Below are positions 24,646-34,090 of a DNA stretch of 64,000 nt, piece after piece. Origin of the DNA: an uncultured Spirochaetota bacterium (GTDB taxonomy: Bacteria; Spirochaetota; Spirochaetia; Treponematales; UBA12059). The position numbers and the translations under genes are program-made. Below the pieces are notes generated by a model. It did no database searches and had not been told where the DNA came from. It saw only the letters and a list, made by a program, of their open reading frames with translations. Numbering within the stretch: position 1 is the stretch's first letter; every line of letters starts with the position of its first letter. The stretch lies in NCBI GenBank assembly GCA_937873275.1, contig CALMRC010000087.1, positions 8,816 through 72,815 of the forward strand, in the 5' to 3' direction.

Positions 24646-26280
24646 ATGAACAGCACCGAACTGGAATCCTCGGTCCGCTCCGTCACCGTCTACCGGGGGC
24701 GGGCCATGATCACCCGGGAAGCCTCGGCGCGGCTCGCCGAGGGGGACCATGTCCTCGTCTTCCCGGGTCTTCCCGAGAACCTGGACCGGGACAGCCTCCA
24801 AGTCCGGGGAACCGGGGATGCGGTCCTCGGGGAATGCGCCTTCGAGACCGAATACTTCGAGGAGGACACGGACAGGATCCGTGCCCCGCTCCTGGAAAAC
24901 CGTCGAAAGCTTGCGGACGAACTGGACGATATCGGCGCGGAGCTGTCCCGCATCGCGGGGGAAGCTGCCTTCCTGGAGCGTATCACCGCCCTGGTGACCG
25001 CGCCGCCGGCCGCCGGAGGCAACGGCCCCGGTCCGGCCCCGATCCCGCAGACTGCCCTGGACGTCGCCCTGTGGACGGGCATGACGGGCTTCTACCGCGA
25101 TCGACGCGCCGAGCTGGACGGTCGGCGCTTGAAGGCCGAGAGGAAGGTCCGGGACCTGCAGGCCCGGATCGAGTCCCTGGACGCCCGGCTGGAGGACCTG
25201 GGGGAATCCGACCGCCGTTCCCGCCAGGTCGTCCGGGTCGGGATCCGCAAGAAGTCCCCCGGGGATCTCGTCCTTCGTCTCTCCTACATGATCTCCGGCC
25301 CCACCTGGCGCCCGGTGTACAACCTCCGGGCAGCGGGGGACTCGGATACCCTGGAGTTGGAATACGACGCCTACGTCTCCCAGGCCACCGGGGAAGACTG
25401 GTCCGGCATCGAGCTCCGCCTCTCCACCGCCCGGGTCAACGTGTCCGGCGAGATCCCGGAACTTCGCCCCTGGCGGCTGGAGTTTTTCCGCCCCCGTCCC
25501 GCGGCACTCCGTTCCGCCCTCTCCATGGAATCCGCGAAGGCCGTCCTTCGGGAGACGGACGACTACGCCTCGGGAGCCGCCCCGTCCGCGCCCTACGAGG
25601 AGGAAGCCGAGGAACCCGACCTGGACCGGGAGGAGGCGGAGGTCCGGGATTCCGGCGCCGGCGTGGTGTTCACCGTTGCGGGGGGAGGCGGCGTGTCCGG
25701 CGACAACCGGGACACCCGGGTCGGACTGGCCCGGCGGCAATTGCCCGCGTCCTTCCTCCACAAGGCCGTCCCGAAGCTTTCGGAGTTCGCGTACCTCACC
25801 GCCCGCTTCAAGAACGGCTCGGATGTCCCCATACTGCCCGGGGCCGTGAACATTTTCTTCGACGGGTCCTTCGTGTCCCGTTCCGCCTTCGGGCTGATCA
25901 TGCCCGGACAGGAGGCGGAGGCCTCCCTGGGCGTCGACGAGGGCGTCGCGGTCGAATACCGACTCCTCAAGCGATTCCGGAAGGAAGAGGGACTCGTGTC
26001 CAAGAGGATCAGCGAACAGTTCGAGTACCGGATCCGTATCGCCAACAACCGACCCCGGCCCGCGGATCTCAAGGTTACGGACCAGTTCCCCCTGTCCTCG
26101 GACAAGGATCTCGTCGTGAAGGCGATTCAGCCCCAGGCCCGGGACAATCCGAAGGAAATAGCCGTGGACGACGAGGCCCGGATCACCTGGGCCTTCACCC
26201 TGAAGCCCGGGGAGACCCGGGAACTCCCCCTGTCCTACCTGGTCGAGTACCCCTCGGACCGCAGGATCGAGGGGCTGTAG
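24646..26280 (+). CDS. DUF4139/mucoidy-inhibitor MuiA family protein
   Basis: 544 aa. N-terminal SVTVYRGRAMITREA...DSLQVRGTG pattern and central coiled coil typical of DUF4140/DUF4139 proteins. Confidence 0.75.
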   Translation: MNSTELESSVRSVTVYRGRAMITREASARLAEGDHVLVFPGLPENLDRDSLQVRGTGDAVLGECAFETEYFEEDTDRIRAPLLENRRKLADELDDIGAELSRIAGEAAFLERITALVTAPPAAGGNGPGPAPIPQTALDVALWTGMTGFYRDRRAELDGRRLKAERKVRDLQARIESLDARLEDLGESDRRSRQVVRVGIRKKSPGDLVLRLSYMISGPTWRPVYNLRAAGDSDTLELEYDAYVSQATGEDWSGIELRLSTARVNVSGEIPELRPWRLEFFRPRPAALRSALSMESAKAVLRETDDYASGAAPSAPYEEEAEEPDLDREEAEVRDSGAGVVFTVAGGGGVSGDNRDTRVGLARRQLPASFLHKAVPKLSEFAYLTARFKNGSDVPILPGAVNIFFDGSFVSRSAFGLIMPGQEAEASLGVDEGVAVEYRLLKRFRKEEGLVSKRISEQFEYRIRIANNRPRPADLKVTDQFPLSSDKDLVVKAIQPQARDNPKEIAVDDEARITWAFTLKPGETRELPLSYLVEYPSDRRIEGL

Positions 26281-26289
26281 GAGGCGCCC

Positions 26290-26982
26290 ATGAACGGTAC
26301 GAGATTCATGACCCTGCCGCTGGTTACCCTCGGTTGCCTGGCGGCCGCCGCGGGACAGGACGTCCGGCCGGCGGAGCTCACCTATTTCGGGCGGGCCACC
26401 GTGAAGATCCGCACGGCTTCCGGATTCGTCCTGTACATCGACCCCTACGCCCCGGGGGATTACTCCGAGCCCGCGGACCTCGTCCTGGTGTCCCACGGAC
26501 ACGGGGATCACAACCGCGTCGACCTGGTCAAGCTCCGGCCCGGTTCCGTCGTCGCGTCGGCCCCGGGAGCCGTACCCGCGAAGGGCGTCCGGTTCCTGTC
26601 CGAGGGGGATGTATTCCAGGCGGGACCCGTCTCCGTGCGCGCCCTGGCCGCCTCGAACAAGAACCACCGGCGCGGGGAGACCCTGGGCTTCCTCGTGACC
26701 TTCGACGGGATCGTCGTGTACCACGCCAGCGATACCAACTACCTGTCCGAGATGGAGGACTTCTCGAAGTACGGCATCGGCTACGCCCTCCTGCCCTGCG
26801 ACGGGTTCTACAACATGGGCCCCGAGGAGGCTTCCCGCTGCGCCTCGGCCGTGAAGGCCCGGGTGGTCCTCCCCATCCACTCGAGCAAGTCGGAGCTCTT
26901 CGACGGGAAGAATGCCCGGGCCGTGCGGGGGGCCGAGGTGATCGTCCTGGAGCCGGGACAGAGCACCCCGCTCCGTCCGTGA
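26290..26982 (+). CDS. MBL-fold metallo-hydrolase, secreted
   Basis: 230 aa. N-terminal hydrophobic signal. HxHxDH-type motif VSHGHGDHN. Confidence 0.8.
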   Translation: MNGTRFMTLPLVTLGCLAAAAGQDVRPAELTYFGRATVKIRTASGFVLYIDPYAPGDYSEPADLVLVSHGHGDHNRVDLVKLRPGSVVASAPGAVPAKGVRFLSEGDVFQAGPVSVRALAASNKNHRRGETLGFLVTFDGIVVYHASDTNYLSEMEDFSKYGIGYALLPCDGFYNMGPEEASRCASAVKARVVLPIHSSKSELFDGKNARAVRGAEVIVLEPGQSTPLRP

Positions 26983-27902
26983 CGGCGGACCGGGTGCACG
27001 GAATCCGAGCTTCGATCCCGGCCGCCGCCGCGGCGCTCCTGGCCGTCCTGGCCTTGCCGGGATGCGTACGCCGGGTCGAGCCGGGACTCCCGGGCCGTCC
27101 CGCCGCGGAATCCCGCCCCGTCGTGAAGATCGCCCCGGCGGAGCCTCCCCGGACGAACGACGAGCTCTCCTCCCGGGGACTCTCGGGCCCCGTCCGGACC
27201 GTGACCGCCCGGTCCTACCGGCCGTCCCTCGACGGGTCCGGAAAGCTCGAGTTATTCCTTCGGACCGTCTCCTCCTTCGATCCCGGGGGGCGTCTGGTCT
27301 CGGAAATCCAGTACGACCCGGAGGGGAAGGAACTCACCCGATACCTGCCGGTGCGGGACCGGGGCTCCCGACTCTCGGGCATCGAATCCCGGTCCCCCTC
27401 GGGAGAGCTCGAGAGCCGGGTAGCCTTCGAGTACGACGGATCGGGTCGCCGGGTCCGGGAGCTGTATTTTACCGGGGACGGCCGGCCCGCCGGGGGCTAC
27501 CTCTACGAGTACGGGCCGGAGGGACGGCGGATCCGGAAGACCATGCGGACCGAGTACGAGGACGGCTCGGTCCGGACCGCCCGGACGGACTACCGCTACG
27601 ACGAGGCCGGACGGCTTTTGGAGGAAACTTTTACGGACGATTCGCCGGGAGGCGTCCTGCTCCGCATCGAACACGCCTATCGGGACGGCCTTCGCGTCCG
27701 GAGTTCCGACTTCCAGCGGGGAACGTGGCTCGAGTTCCTGACCTTCTACGATCGCGATTCCCGGGGCAACCCGGTGCGGGAGGCCTCGTACCAGATCCCC
27801 GAGAGCGGGTACGGCGACTCCTTCGCCTCCGCGACCTCCGAGTCTGGCCTTCCGAAATCCTTCCTGTCCTCGGTCACCGAATCGGAGTACGAGTACTACT
27901 AG
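26979..27902 (+). CDS. small YD/RHS-repeat lipoprotein
   Basis: GTG at 26979 (GTGA overlap; alternative GTG at 26994). Signal with ...LAVLALPGC. Repeated YD motifs (IQYDPEGKEL, FEYDGSGRRV, YRYDEAGRLL). Confidence 0.6.
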   Translation: MTADRVHGIRASIPAAAAALLAVLALPGCVRRVEPGLPGRPAAESRPVVKIAPAEPPRTNDELSSRGLSGPVRTVTARSYRPSLDGSGKLELFLRTVSSFDPGGRLVSEIQYDPEGKELTRYLPVRDRGSRLSGIESRSPSGELESRVAFEYDGSGRRVRELYFTGDGRPAGGYLYEYGPEGRRIRKTMRTEYEDGSVRTARTDYRYDEAGRLLEETFTDDSPGGVLLRIEHAYRDGLRVRSSDFQRGTWLEFLTFYDRDSRGNPVREASYQIPESGYGDSFASATSESGLPKSFLSSVTESEYEYY

Positions 27903-28054
27903 CCGTTCCGTCCGGTTTCCCGGGCGGGATCCGTCCGTTTTCCGGGATCCGGACCGACGCCTTTCGATCGTGAAAGGTTGCGGCCCCGGCCGTACGGCTG
28001 ATCGATGGATGCCGCGATGCGCCGCGGCTATCCTGCGGGTCCCTGGAGGACCCG

Positions 28055-28852
28055 ATGCACGAAATCGCGAACCGCCGCGGAGATCCAGCCCGCCCGGCGA
28101 AGACCCTCGTCCTGATCCTGCTGACTTCCGCCGCCGCCCCCGCGTTCCCCGGGGGGAGCGGCCGGTATTCCCTGGACCCGGCCCTCGATACGGCCGTCGC
28201 CCTTCCGGGAGCCGCCGCCTTCCTGGCCGGCGAACTGCTCACCCGGCGGACGCCCGCCACGGCCGATCCCTTCGGCTGGCCCGACGAGGGATGGACCGCG
28301 ACCTACGACCCGGACCTCGACCGCATCGGGGACGTCACGAGCGTGGCCGCCGTCGCCGCCCTGCCCCTGCTCCTGGACGCCCTCACTCCGAGGGAGGTCC
28401 GCACGATCGCGGCGATGTACGCGGAGTGCGCGATGTGGACGATGGGACTCAAGAACCTGCTCAAGGCGGCGGTCCCCCGGCCCCGACCCTACATGCTCCG
28501 GGCGGACACGCCGGCGGACCTTCTCGGGGACGACGAAAGGATGCAGAGCTTCCCCTCCGGGCACACCGCCTTCGCCTTCATGACCGCATCCTTCCTCGCC
28601 ACGGTCTACCGGCCGGAATCCGGATCCCCCGCGGCCGGGATCCTCGTCGGCGCTTCGGCCTTCGGCCTCGCCGGCGCGACGGCGGTCCTCCGGGTCGCGT
28701 CGGGCACGCACTACCTGGGCGATGTCCTGGCCGGGGCGCTCCTGGGTTCGGCGGCGGGATACCTGGTTCAGCGGCTCCACGAACGGCGATCCGAAGGCGC
28801 CTGGGCGTTCGCCGCGCGTCCGGACGGCTTCTCGATATCCTACGCATACTGA
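28055..28852 (+). CDS. PAP2 family phosphatase (BcrC-like candidate undecaprenyl-PP phosphatase)
   Basis: 265 aa. PAP2 motifs KAAVPRPRP, SFPSGHT, RVASGTHYLGDV. Confidence 0.85.
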   Translation: MHEIANRRGDPARPAKTLVLILLTSAAAPAFPGGSGRYSLDPALDTAVALPGAAAFLAGELLTRRTPATADPFGWPDEGWTATYDPDLDRIGDVTSVAAVAALPLLLDALTPREVRTIAAMYAECAMWTMGLKNLLKAAVPRPRPYMLRADTPADLLGDDERMQSFPSGHTAFAFMTASFLATVYRPESGSPAAGILVGASAFGLAGATAVLRVASGTHYLGDVLAGALLGSAAGYLVQRLHERRSEGAWAFAARPDGFSISYAY

Positions 28853-28863
28853 AAGGAACCACG

Positions 28864-29658
28864 ATGACCTACACATCCGCCATCTTTCTCGGAATCATTC
28901 AGGGTCTCACGGAATTCATCCCGGTCAGCAGCTCGGGACACCTGGTCCTGTTCAGGAGAGTATTCGGCATCGAGGAGGCTCCCCTCCTGCTGGACACCCT
29001 CCTCCATGCGGGCACCCTCGTCGCGGCGGTAGCGGCCCTGCGGAAGGACCTGGCGTCCATGCTGCGCCGTCCCTTCCAGCGGCTCACCTTGCAGTTGGCC
29101 GTCGCCACGGTGCCCGCCGTCGTCGCGGCGATCCTCCTCAAGGACCCGGTGGAGGAGATCTTCGCGACGGGGAAATTCCTGGAATGGGGGTTCCTGTCCA
29201 CCGCGGCCGTCCTCTTCCTTTCCGAGCGCGCCTTCCGCAGGAGGGTCACGGTCCGGAGTACCGAGGAGGCGACGATCGCGGACGCCTCGGCGATCGGGCT
29301 CCTTCAGGGATTCGCGATCCTCCCGGCCGTCTCCCGCTCGGGGCTCACCATAGCCGGCGCCTTGTTCCGGGGGTGGGATCGGTCCTTCGCCGCCCGGTTT
29401 TCGTTCCTCCTCTCGATTCCGGCGATCCTCGGGGCCGTAGTCTTCCAGATCCCGGACTTCGCGGAGGCCCTCCGGGCCGGGGGCATACCGGGCCCCGTCC
29501 TGGCGGGGTCCCTGACGGCCGCCATCGTGGGATTCCTGGCCGTCACGGGCATGGTGCGGCTCATCCGGGAACGGTCCCTGCGGGGATTCTCCGTCTACCT
29601 CGCCGTCCTGGGGGCCTTGGTATTTCTCGACCGGCATGTTATCCATATGTTCTTCTGA
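28864..29658 (+). CDS. uppP: undecaprenyl-diphosphate phosphatase
   Basis: In-frame ATG at 28864, 264 aa. UppP/BacA signature GIIQGLTEFIPVSSSGH. Confidence 0.9.
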   Translation: MTYTSAIFLGIIQGLTEFIPVSSSGHLVLFRRVFGIEEAPLLLDTLLHAGTLVAAVAALRKDLASMLRRPFQRLTLQLAVATVPAVVAAILLKDPVEEIFATGKFLEWGFLSTAAVLFLSERAFRRRVTVRSTEEATIADASAIGLLQGFAILPAVSRSGLTIAGALFRGWDRSFAARFSFLLSIPAILGAVVFQIPDFAEALRAGGIPGPVLAGSLTAAIVGFLAVTGMVRLIRERSLRGFSVYLAVLGALVFLDRHVIHMFF

Positions 29659-29660
29659 CC

Positions 29661-30341
29661 ATGGAAGGTTTCCGAATCCTGCTCATCGAGGACGACCCCG
29701 TGGTGCGGAACCTCGAAGCCCAGACCCTAGCGCGCTGGGGCTACGAGGTGTTCGCGCCCGAGGCATTCCGGGATGTGCTGTCCGAGTTCGCAGCCGCCTC
29801 GCCCCACCTCGTCGTCCTGGACGTGGACCTTCCGTCCCTCGACGGCTTCGAGTGGTGTTCCCGGATCCGGGCGGTGTCCAAGGTGCCGATCCTGTTCCTC
29901 ACGGCCCTCTCCTCCTCCCGGGACCAGATCCGGGCCCTGGCTACGGGCGCGGACGACTGGCTTTCCAAGCCCTTCGACGGGGACCTCTTCGCCGCCCGCG
30001 TCCGGGCCCTCTTCCGGAGGGCCTATTCCTGGGCCGAGGACCGTCCCCGGGTGCTCGCCCGGTCCGGCCTGGTGTTCGACGTGGAGCGCAGGGTGGCCTC
30101 CCGGGACGGGAGCTCCGTGGAGCTGGGAAAGAACGAGGCCCGGATCCTGGAAACCCTCTTGAGCCGGGACGGGCGGGTCGTGGGAAGGATGGATCTCATG
30201 GACGTTTTGTGGACCGAGGACGTCTTCGTGGACGACAACACCCTGACCGTCAACGTCACGCGCCTTCGGAAGCGGCTGGCCGAAATCGGGGCCGACGCGC
30301 TCGTCGAGACTTCGAAGGGGGAAGGATACAGGATACGGTGA
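29661..30341 (+). CDS. OmpR-family response regulator (BceR-like)
   Basis: ATG at 29661, 226 aa. Receiver (LVVLDVDLPSLDG) plus a winged-helix C-terminal domain (TVNVTRLRKRL...GYRIR). Confidence 0.9.
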   Translation: MEGFRILLIEDDPVVRNLEAQTLARWGYEVFAPEAFRDVLSEFAAASPHLVVLDVDLPSLDGFEWCSRIRAVSKVPILFLTALSSSRDQIRALATGADDWLSKPFDGDLFAARVRALFRRAYSWAEDRPRVLARSGLVFDVERRVASRDGSSVELGKNEARILETLLSRDGRVVGRMDLMDVLWTEDVFVDDNTLTVNVTRLRKRLAEIGADALVETSKGEGYRIR

Positions 30342-31360
30342 GACTCCTCCGCGCGCTCGCATCGGACGCCGCTCCCCTCCTCGGCCTGGTGCTGTTCCAG
30401 TCCGCCGTCGGCCTGTCGGTCGCCTGGATAGACCGGCACGACGGAGCGGGGCCCGTGAACGCCGCGTACGCCGTGTTCGTCCAGACCGCCGCGGCCGGCG
30501 CCTACCTGGCCGCCCGGTCGGTGCTCCGTGCCCGGGAGTGGAAGGCCCTGTCCCGGGCGCGCGGGGATCCCTTGAACTCGGGCCTGCCTCCCGCCCGGGG
30601 CGAATCCTCCCGGCTTTGGAAGGCCCTGGCTCTGGACCAGCGGCGCGAGGCCTCCCGCCTGCTGTCCGCCCGGGAGGCCGCCGCGGCCGCGGACATCGAG
30701 GCCTTCACGGCTTCCGTCCACGCGATGAAGGCGCCGGTCGCCACGCTGGGGCTCCTGGCGGACCGCTCGGACCGCACCGGGGAATCCCTGGAGGCCCGGG
30801 ACGTCCGGCTGGAGGCGGAGGAGCTCGACCGGCTTCTCGAGCTCGCCCTGGGGCGGATCCGCTTGGCGGACTTCGAGGGGGACTCGGCCCTGGAAACCGT
30901 GGAGCTTCGGGACCTCGCCGCCCGTTCCCTGAAAAAGACCCGCAGACTTTTCATCGCCCGCGGAATCTCCGTCGACCTCGGGGAGGAGACCGCGACCGCG
31001 GAATCCGACCGGAAGTGGCTGGGCTTCATCCTCGACCAGATCGTGGTGAACGCGGCCAAGTACGCGTCCGCCTCGGTGCGGATCCGCATCCTGCGGGAAG
31101 AGGACTCCGTGTCGGTCCGTATTTCGGACGACGGTCCCGGCATTCCCGCGGAGGACCGGGACCGGATCTTCACGCCCTCCTTCACGGGAGCCGCGGGCCG
31201 GGAGGCGGACGGCTCCGGGCTGCCCTCCTCGGGATACGGACTCCACCTGGCCCTTCGCGCCGCCCGCAAGCTCGGGATCCGCCTGGAGCTCCGGGACGCC
31301 GACGGCGGCGGAGCCGAGGCGGTCGTGTCCGTGCCCGCGCCGCGGAGCGCCTCGGAATGA
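30338..31360 (+). CDS. intramembrane-sensing histidine kinase (BceS-like)
   Basis: GTG at 30338 (GTGA overlap), 340 aa. Two TM helices with a loop of about 10 aa. H-box SVHAMKAPVATL. HATPase (DDGPGIP). Confidence 0.8.
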   Translation: MRLLRALASDAAPLLGLVLFQSAVGLSVAWIDRHDGAGPVNAAYAVFVQTAAAGAYLAARSVLRAREWKALSRARGDPLNSGLPPARGESSRLWKALALDQRREASRLLSAREAAAAADIEAFTASVHAMKAPVATLGLLADRSDRTGESLEARDVRLEAEELDRLLELALGRIRLADFEGDSALETVELRDLAARSLKKTRRLFIARGISVDLGEETATAESDRKWLGFILDQIVVNAAKYASASVRIRILREEDSVSVRISDDGPGIPAEDRDRIFTPSFTGAAGREADGSGLPSSGYGLHLALRAARKLGIRLELRDADGGGAEAVVSVPAPRSASE

Positions 31361-32136
31361 TCGCCGGGAACGATCCGTCCGGAGCCGTGGTCCGGCTCCT
31401 GGGAGTCTCCCGGATCTACGGATCCCGCTTCGTGGGTCCGTCCGTCCGTGCCCTGGACCGCGCGAGCCTGGAGATCCGTCCGGGGGAATTCGCGGCCGTG
31501 ATGGGCCCGTCCGGGTCCGGAAAGACGACCCTCCTCAAGCTGATCGCCCGGATCGATCGGCCCGACGCCGGCGCCGTGCTGGTCGAAGGCCGGGACATCT
31601 CCTCCCTGGAGGGGGACGCCCTATCCGATTTCCGCCGGAACTCCATCGGGTTCGTGTTCCAGGATTCCGCCCTCCTGGATACGATGTCCATCCGGGAGAA
31701 CATCGCCCTCCCCTTGATGCTTTCCCGGGTCCCGGATCCGGAGTCCCGCGCCCGGGCGGAGGAATCCGCGCGGGCCCTGGGCATCCACGGAATCCTGGAT
31801 AGGTATCCCGGGGAGGTGTCCTGCGGCCAGCGACAGAGGGCGGCCGCGGCGAGGGCCCTGGCCGTCCGGCCCGCCCTCCTGCTGGCGGACGAGCCCACGG
31901 GGTCCCTCGATTCCAAGTCCGGACGGGAACTCCTGGAGCAGTTCGGCCGCCTCAACGCAGAGCGCGGCACGGCCGTCCTGCTCGCGACCCACGACCCCTT
32001 CGTCGCGAGCTGGTCCCGCAGGACGGTCTTCCTGCGGGACGGGGCGGTCTTCACGGAGATCCGGTCCTCCGGGGACCGCCGCTCGTTCTTCAACCGGATC
32101 CTCGAGGTGCAGGCGGCCATGGAGAACCTCCCGTGA
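31357..32136 (+). CDS. ABC transporter ATP-binding protein (BceA-like)
   Basis: ATG at 31357 (ATGA overlap), 259 aa. Walker A GPSGSGKTT. Walker B LLLADEPTGSLD. Confidence 0.9.
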   Translation: MIAGNDPSGAVVRLLGVSRIYGSRFVGPSVRALDRASLEIRPGEFAAVMGPSGSGKTTLLKLIARIDRPDAGAVLVEGRDISSLEGDALSDFRRNSIGFVFQDSALLDTMSIRENIALPLMLSRVPDPESRARAEESARALGIHGILDRYPGEVSCGQRQRAAAARALAVRPALLLADEPTGSLDSKSGRELLEQFGRLNAERGTAVLLATHDPFVASWSRRTVFLRDGAVFTEIRSSGDRRSFFNRILEVQAAMENLP

Positions 32137-34016
32137 CGGGCCCGGCCGGCGGGTACGGCCCCCGGATGCCCTTCGCGGGGATCGCCGCCTCCGTCTTCGC
32201 CTTCGTCACCTTCCGGGCCGCGGGGTACCCGGGCGGGGAGTCCGTCCCGGCCCCCCCCTACAGGATCCGCCTGTTCTTCGCCGCGTGCGCCTTCCTCGTC
32301 GCGGCGGCCTCCCTCGCCTTCACCTGGTATTCCGCCCGGTTCCACGGCCGGGCCCGGAGCCGGGAGTTCGCGCTCGAAGCCCTCTTCGGCGTGCGCGGAC
32401 TCCGGCGCTTCCTTCCTGCCTGGACGGGCTTCCTGGCCGGGACGGCCGCGGCGGACGCAGCGGGACTGGCGGCCGCGGCGGTCCTGAACCGATGGTTCGC
32501 CCTCGTCCTGGGGTACCTCACTGGCGGACGCGGTCCCCTGGACATGCCGATCGACGGCCGGGTCCTCGCGGGCGCGGTCCTCTTGGCGGTTCTCCAGGCC
32601 GCGGCGTCGGCCCTCGCGCTGGGAAGGTCCGTGCGCGAGGCCCGGCCGGACAGCCTCTTCCGTTCCGCGCCCCCCGCCGGCGGAAGGTCGTCCCGGGTCC
32701 GGACGGCGACGGGGCTGGCGGTGCTGGCCCTGGGCATCGCCGCGGCGCTCGGGGCGGATCGGAGATCGGGCTTGTCGTCCCTGGCGGCCGCGCTCGCGGG
32801 GGTTTCTATCGGCACGTTCCTGGCCCTGGAGGGCGTCCTGGCGGCGTTCTTCCGGATCCTCCCGCGATGCCGGGCGCGGTCCCTTCCGGGTGCCCGACTG
32901 TCGGCTGCCCTACTCGTCTCCCTGCCGCGCCCCTTCGCCGCGGCCCTGTCGATCGCCGCCCTCTTCACGGCGGTGGCCGGCACGGCCGCCGGATCCGTCT
33001 TCACGCTCTCCTCGAACGCCCGCATCCAGGTGGACCGGACGTGCCCGAACGGGATCGAGCTGGGATCCCGGGATCCCGGGGCGATCGCCGCCGCCGCGCA
33101 GCGGATCCATCGGTCCGCCCCCGGGGAGCCCGAATCCCGGGTCCGGTTCCGGGAAGTCCGCTCGGTCCTCTCCCTTCTCGCCGCGCCGGGCTCGGATTCC
33201 CCGGTCCCGGCCGGCGCGATCCCGTTCTCCGCCTGGAAGGGTATCCTGGAGGATTCGGGACGGGAGGTGCCGGCCGAGCCCCGGCCGGGAGAGATGATCG
33301 GCACCGGATACTTCGCCTCGATCGCGGATTCCCGGAATCCGTTCCCGACGGAGCTGTTCCTGGAAGGCGGTCCCCGTCTGCCGCGGTCCCTGCGCATCGT
33401 CCCGGAGGCGTACGTTCTCTCCGCCTCCGAGGTGCTCCGGCAGGTCGTGCTGAGGGACGAGGATTGGGACGTGTTCGCGGCCGCGGCGCCCCCCGAAGCG
33501 TTCCACTGGAGCGCCCTCTGGAACGCCCCCTCCCCGGACCTCCTGCGTCCCATGGAAGAGGCGACGGGCCCCGCACGGGACGACTTTGCGGCCGCCGGTG
33601 TCTCGGTCCGGCTCCGTTCCCGGGAGATCGAGGACTTCCGGAAAGCGGCCGCCGGCATGGTCTTCATCGGGGTCCTTCTGCAATCCGCGTTCCTGGCCCT
33701 GGCCCTATCCGCCGCGCTCCTGCAGCTGCGGCTGAACCTGCCGGAGGACCGGGACCGCCTTGGGATCCTGGAGTCCATCGGCACGCGGTCGCGGGACGCG
33801 GAAGCGGCTCTGCGCGCCCGCGTCCTGGCGATCCTGGCCGTCCCGGCCGTCCTGGGTTCCGTCTATACGCTGCTTGCCCTCCGGATGCTGTCCCGGATCT
33901 CGGGGTTCGTCGTGCTCCCGTCCGCCGCCGCGTCCCTCGTACTCACGTCGCTCGTATACGGTTCGGTCTACCCGATCCTCGCGTCCCGATACCGGGACGC
34001 CGCGACGGATCGCTAG
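32133..34016 (+). CDS. FtsX-family ABC permease (BceB-like, about 10 TM with a large extracytoplasmic domain)
   Basis: 627 aa. GTGA overlap with the ATPase gene. Ala-rich TM segments flank a soluble region of about 200 aa. Divergent sequence. Confidence 0.65.
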   Translation: MTGPAGGYGPRMPFAGIAASVFAFVTFRAAGYPGGESVPAPPYRIRLFFAACAFLVAAASLAFTWYSARFHGRARSREFALEALFGVRGLRRFLPAWTGFLAGTAAADAAGLAAAAVLNRWFALVLGYLTGGRGPLDMPIDGRVLAGAVLLAVLQAAASALALGRSVREARPDSLFRSAPPAGGRSSRVRTATGLAVLALGIAAALGADRRSGLSSLAAALAGVSIGTFLALEGVLAAFFRILPRCRARSLPGARLSAALLVSLPRPFAAALSIAALFTAVAGTAAGSVFTLSSNARIQVDRTCPNGIELGSRDPGAIAAAAQRIHRSAPGEPESRVRFREVRSVLSLLAAPGSDSPVPAGAIPFSAWKGILEDSGREVPAEPRPGEMIGTGYFASIADSRNPFPTELFLEGGPRLPRSLRIVPEAYVLSASEVLRQVVLRDEDWDVFAAAAPPEAFHWSALWNAPSPDLLRPMEEATGPARDDFAAAGVSVRLRSREIEDFRKAAAGMVFIGVLLQSAFLALALSAALLQLRLNLPEDRDRLGILESIGTRSRDAEAALRARVLAILAVPAVLGSVYTLLALRMLSRISGFVVLPSAAASLVLTSLVYGSVYPILASRYRDAATDR

Positions 34017-34090
34017 GGGGTCGACGCGCGATTCCCCCTGGCCCGTATCCCCGTCTCCGGGGTACTATCCATCCCAGGAGGAAGGCGGAC

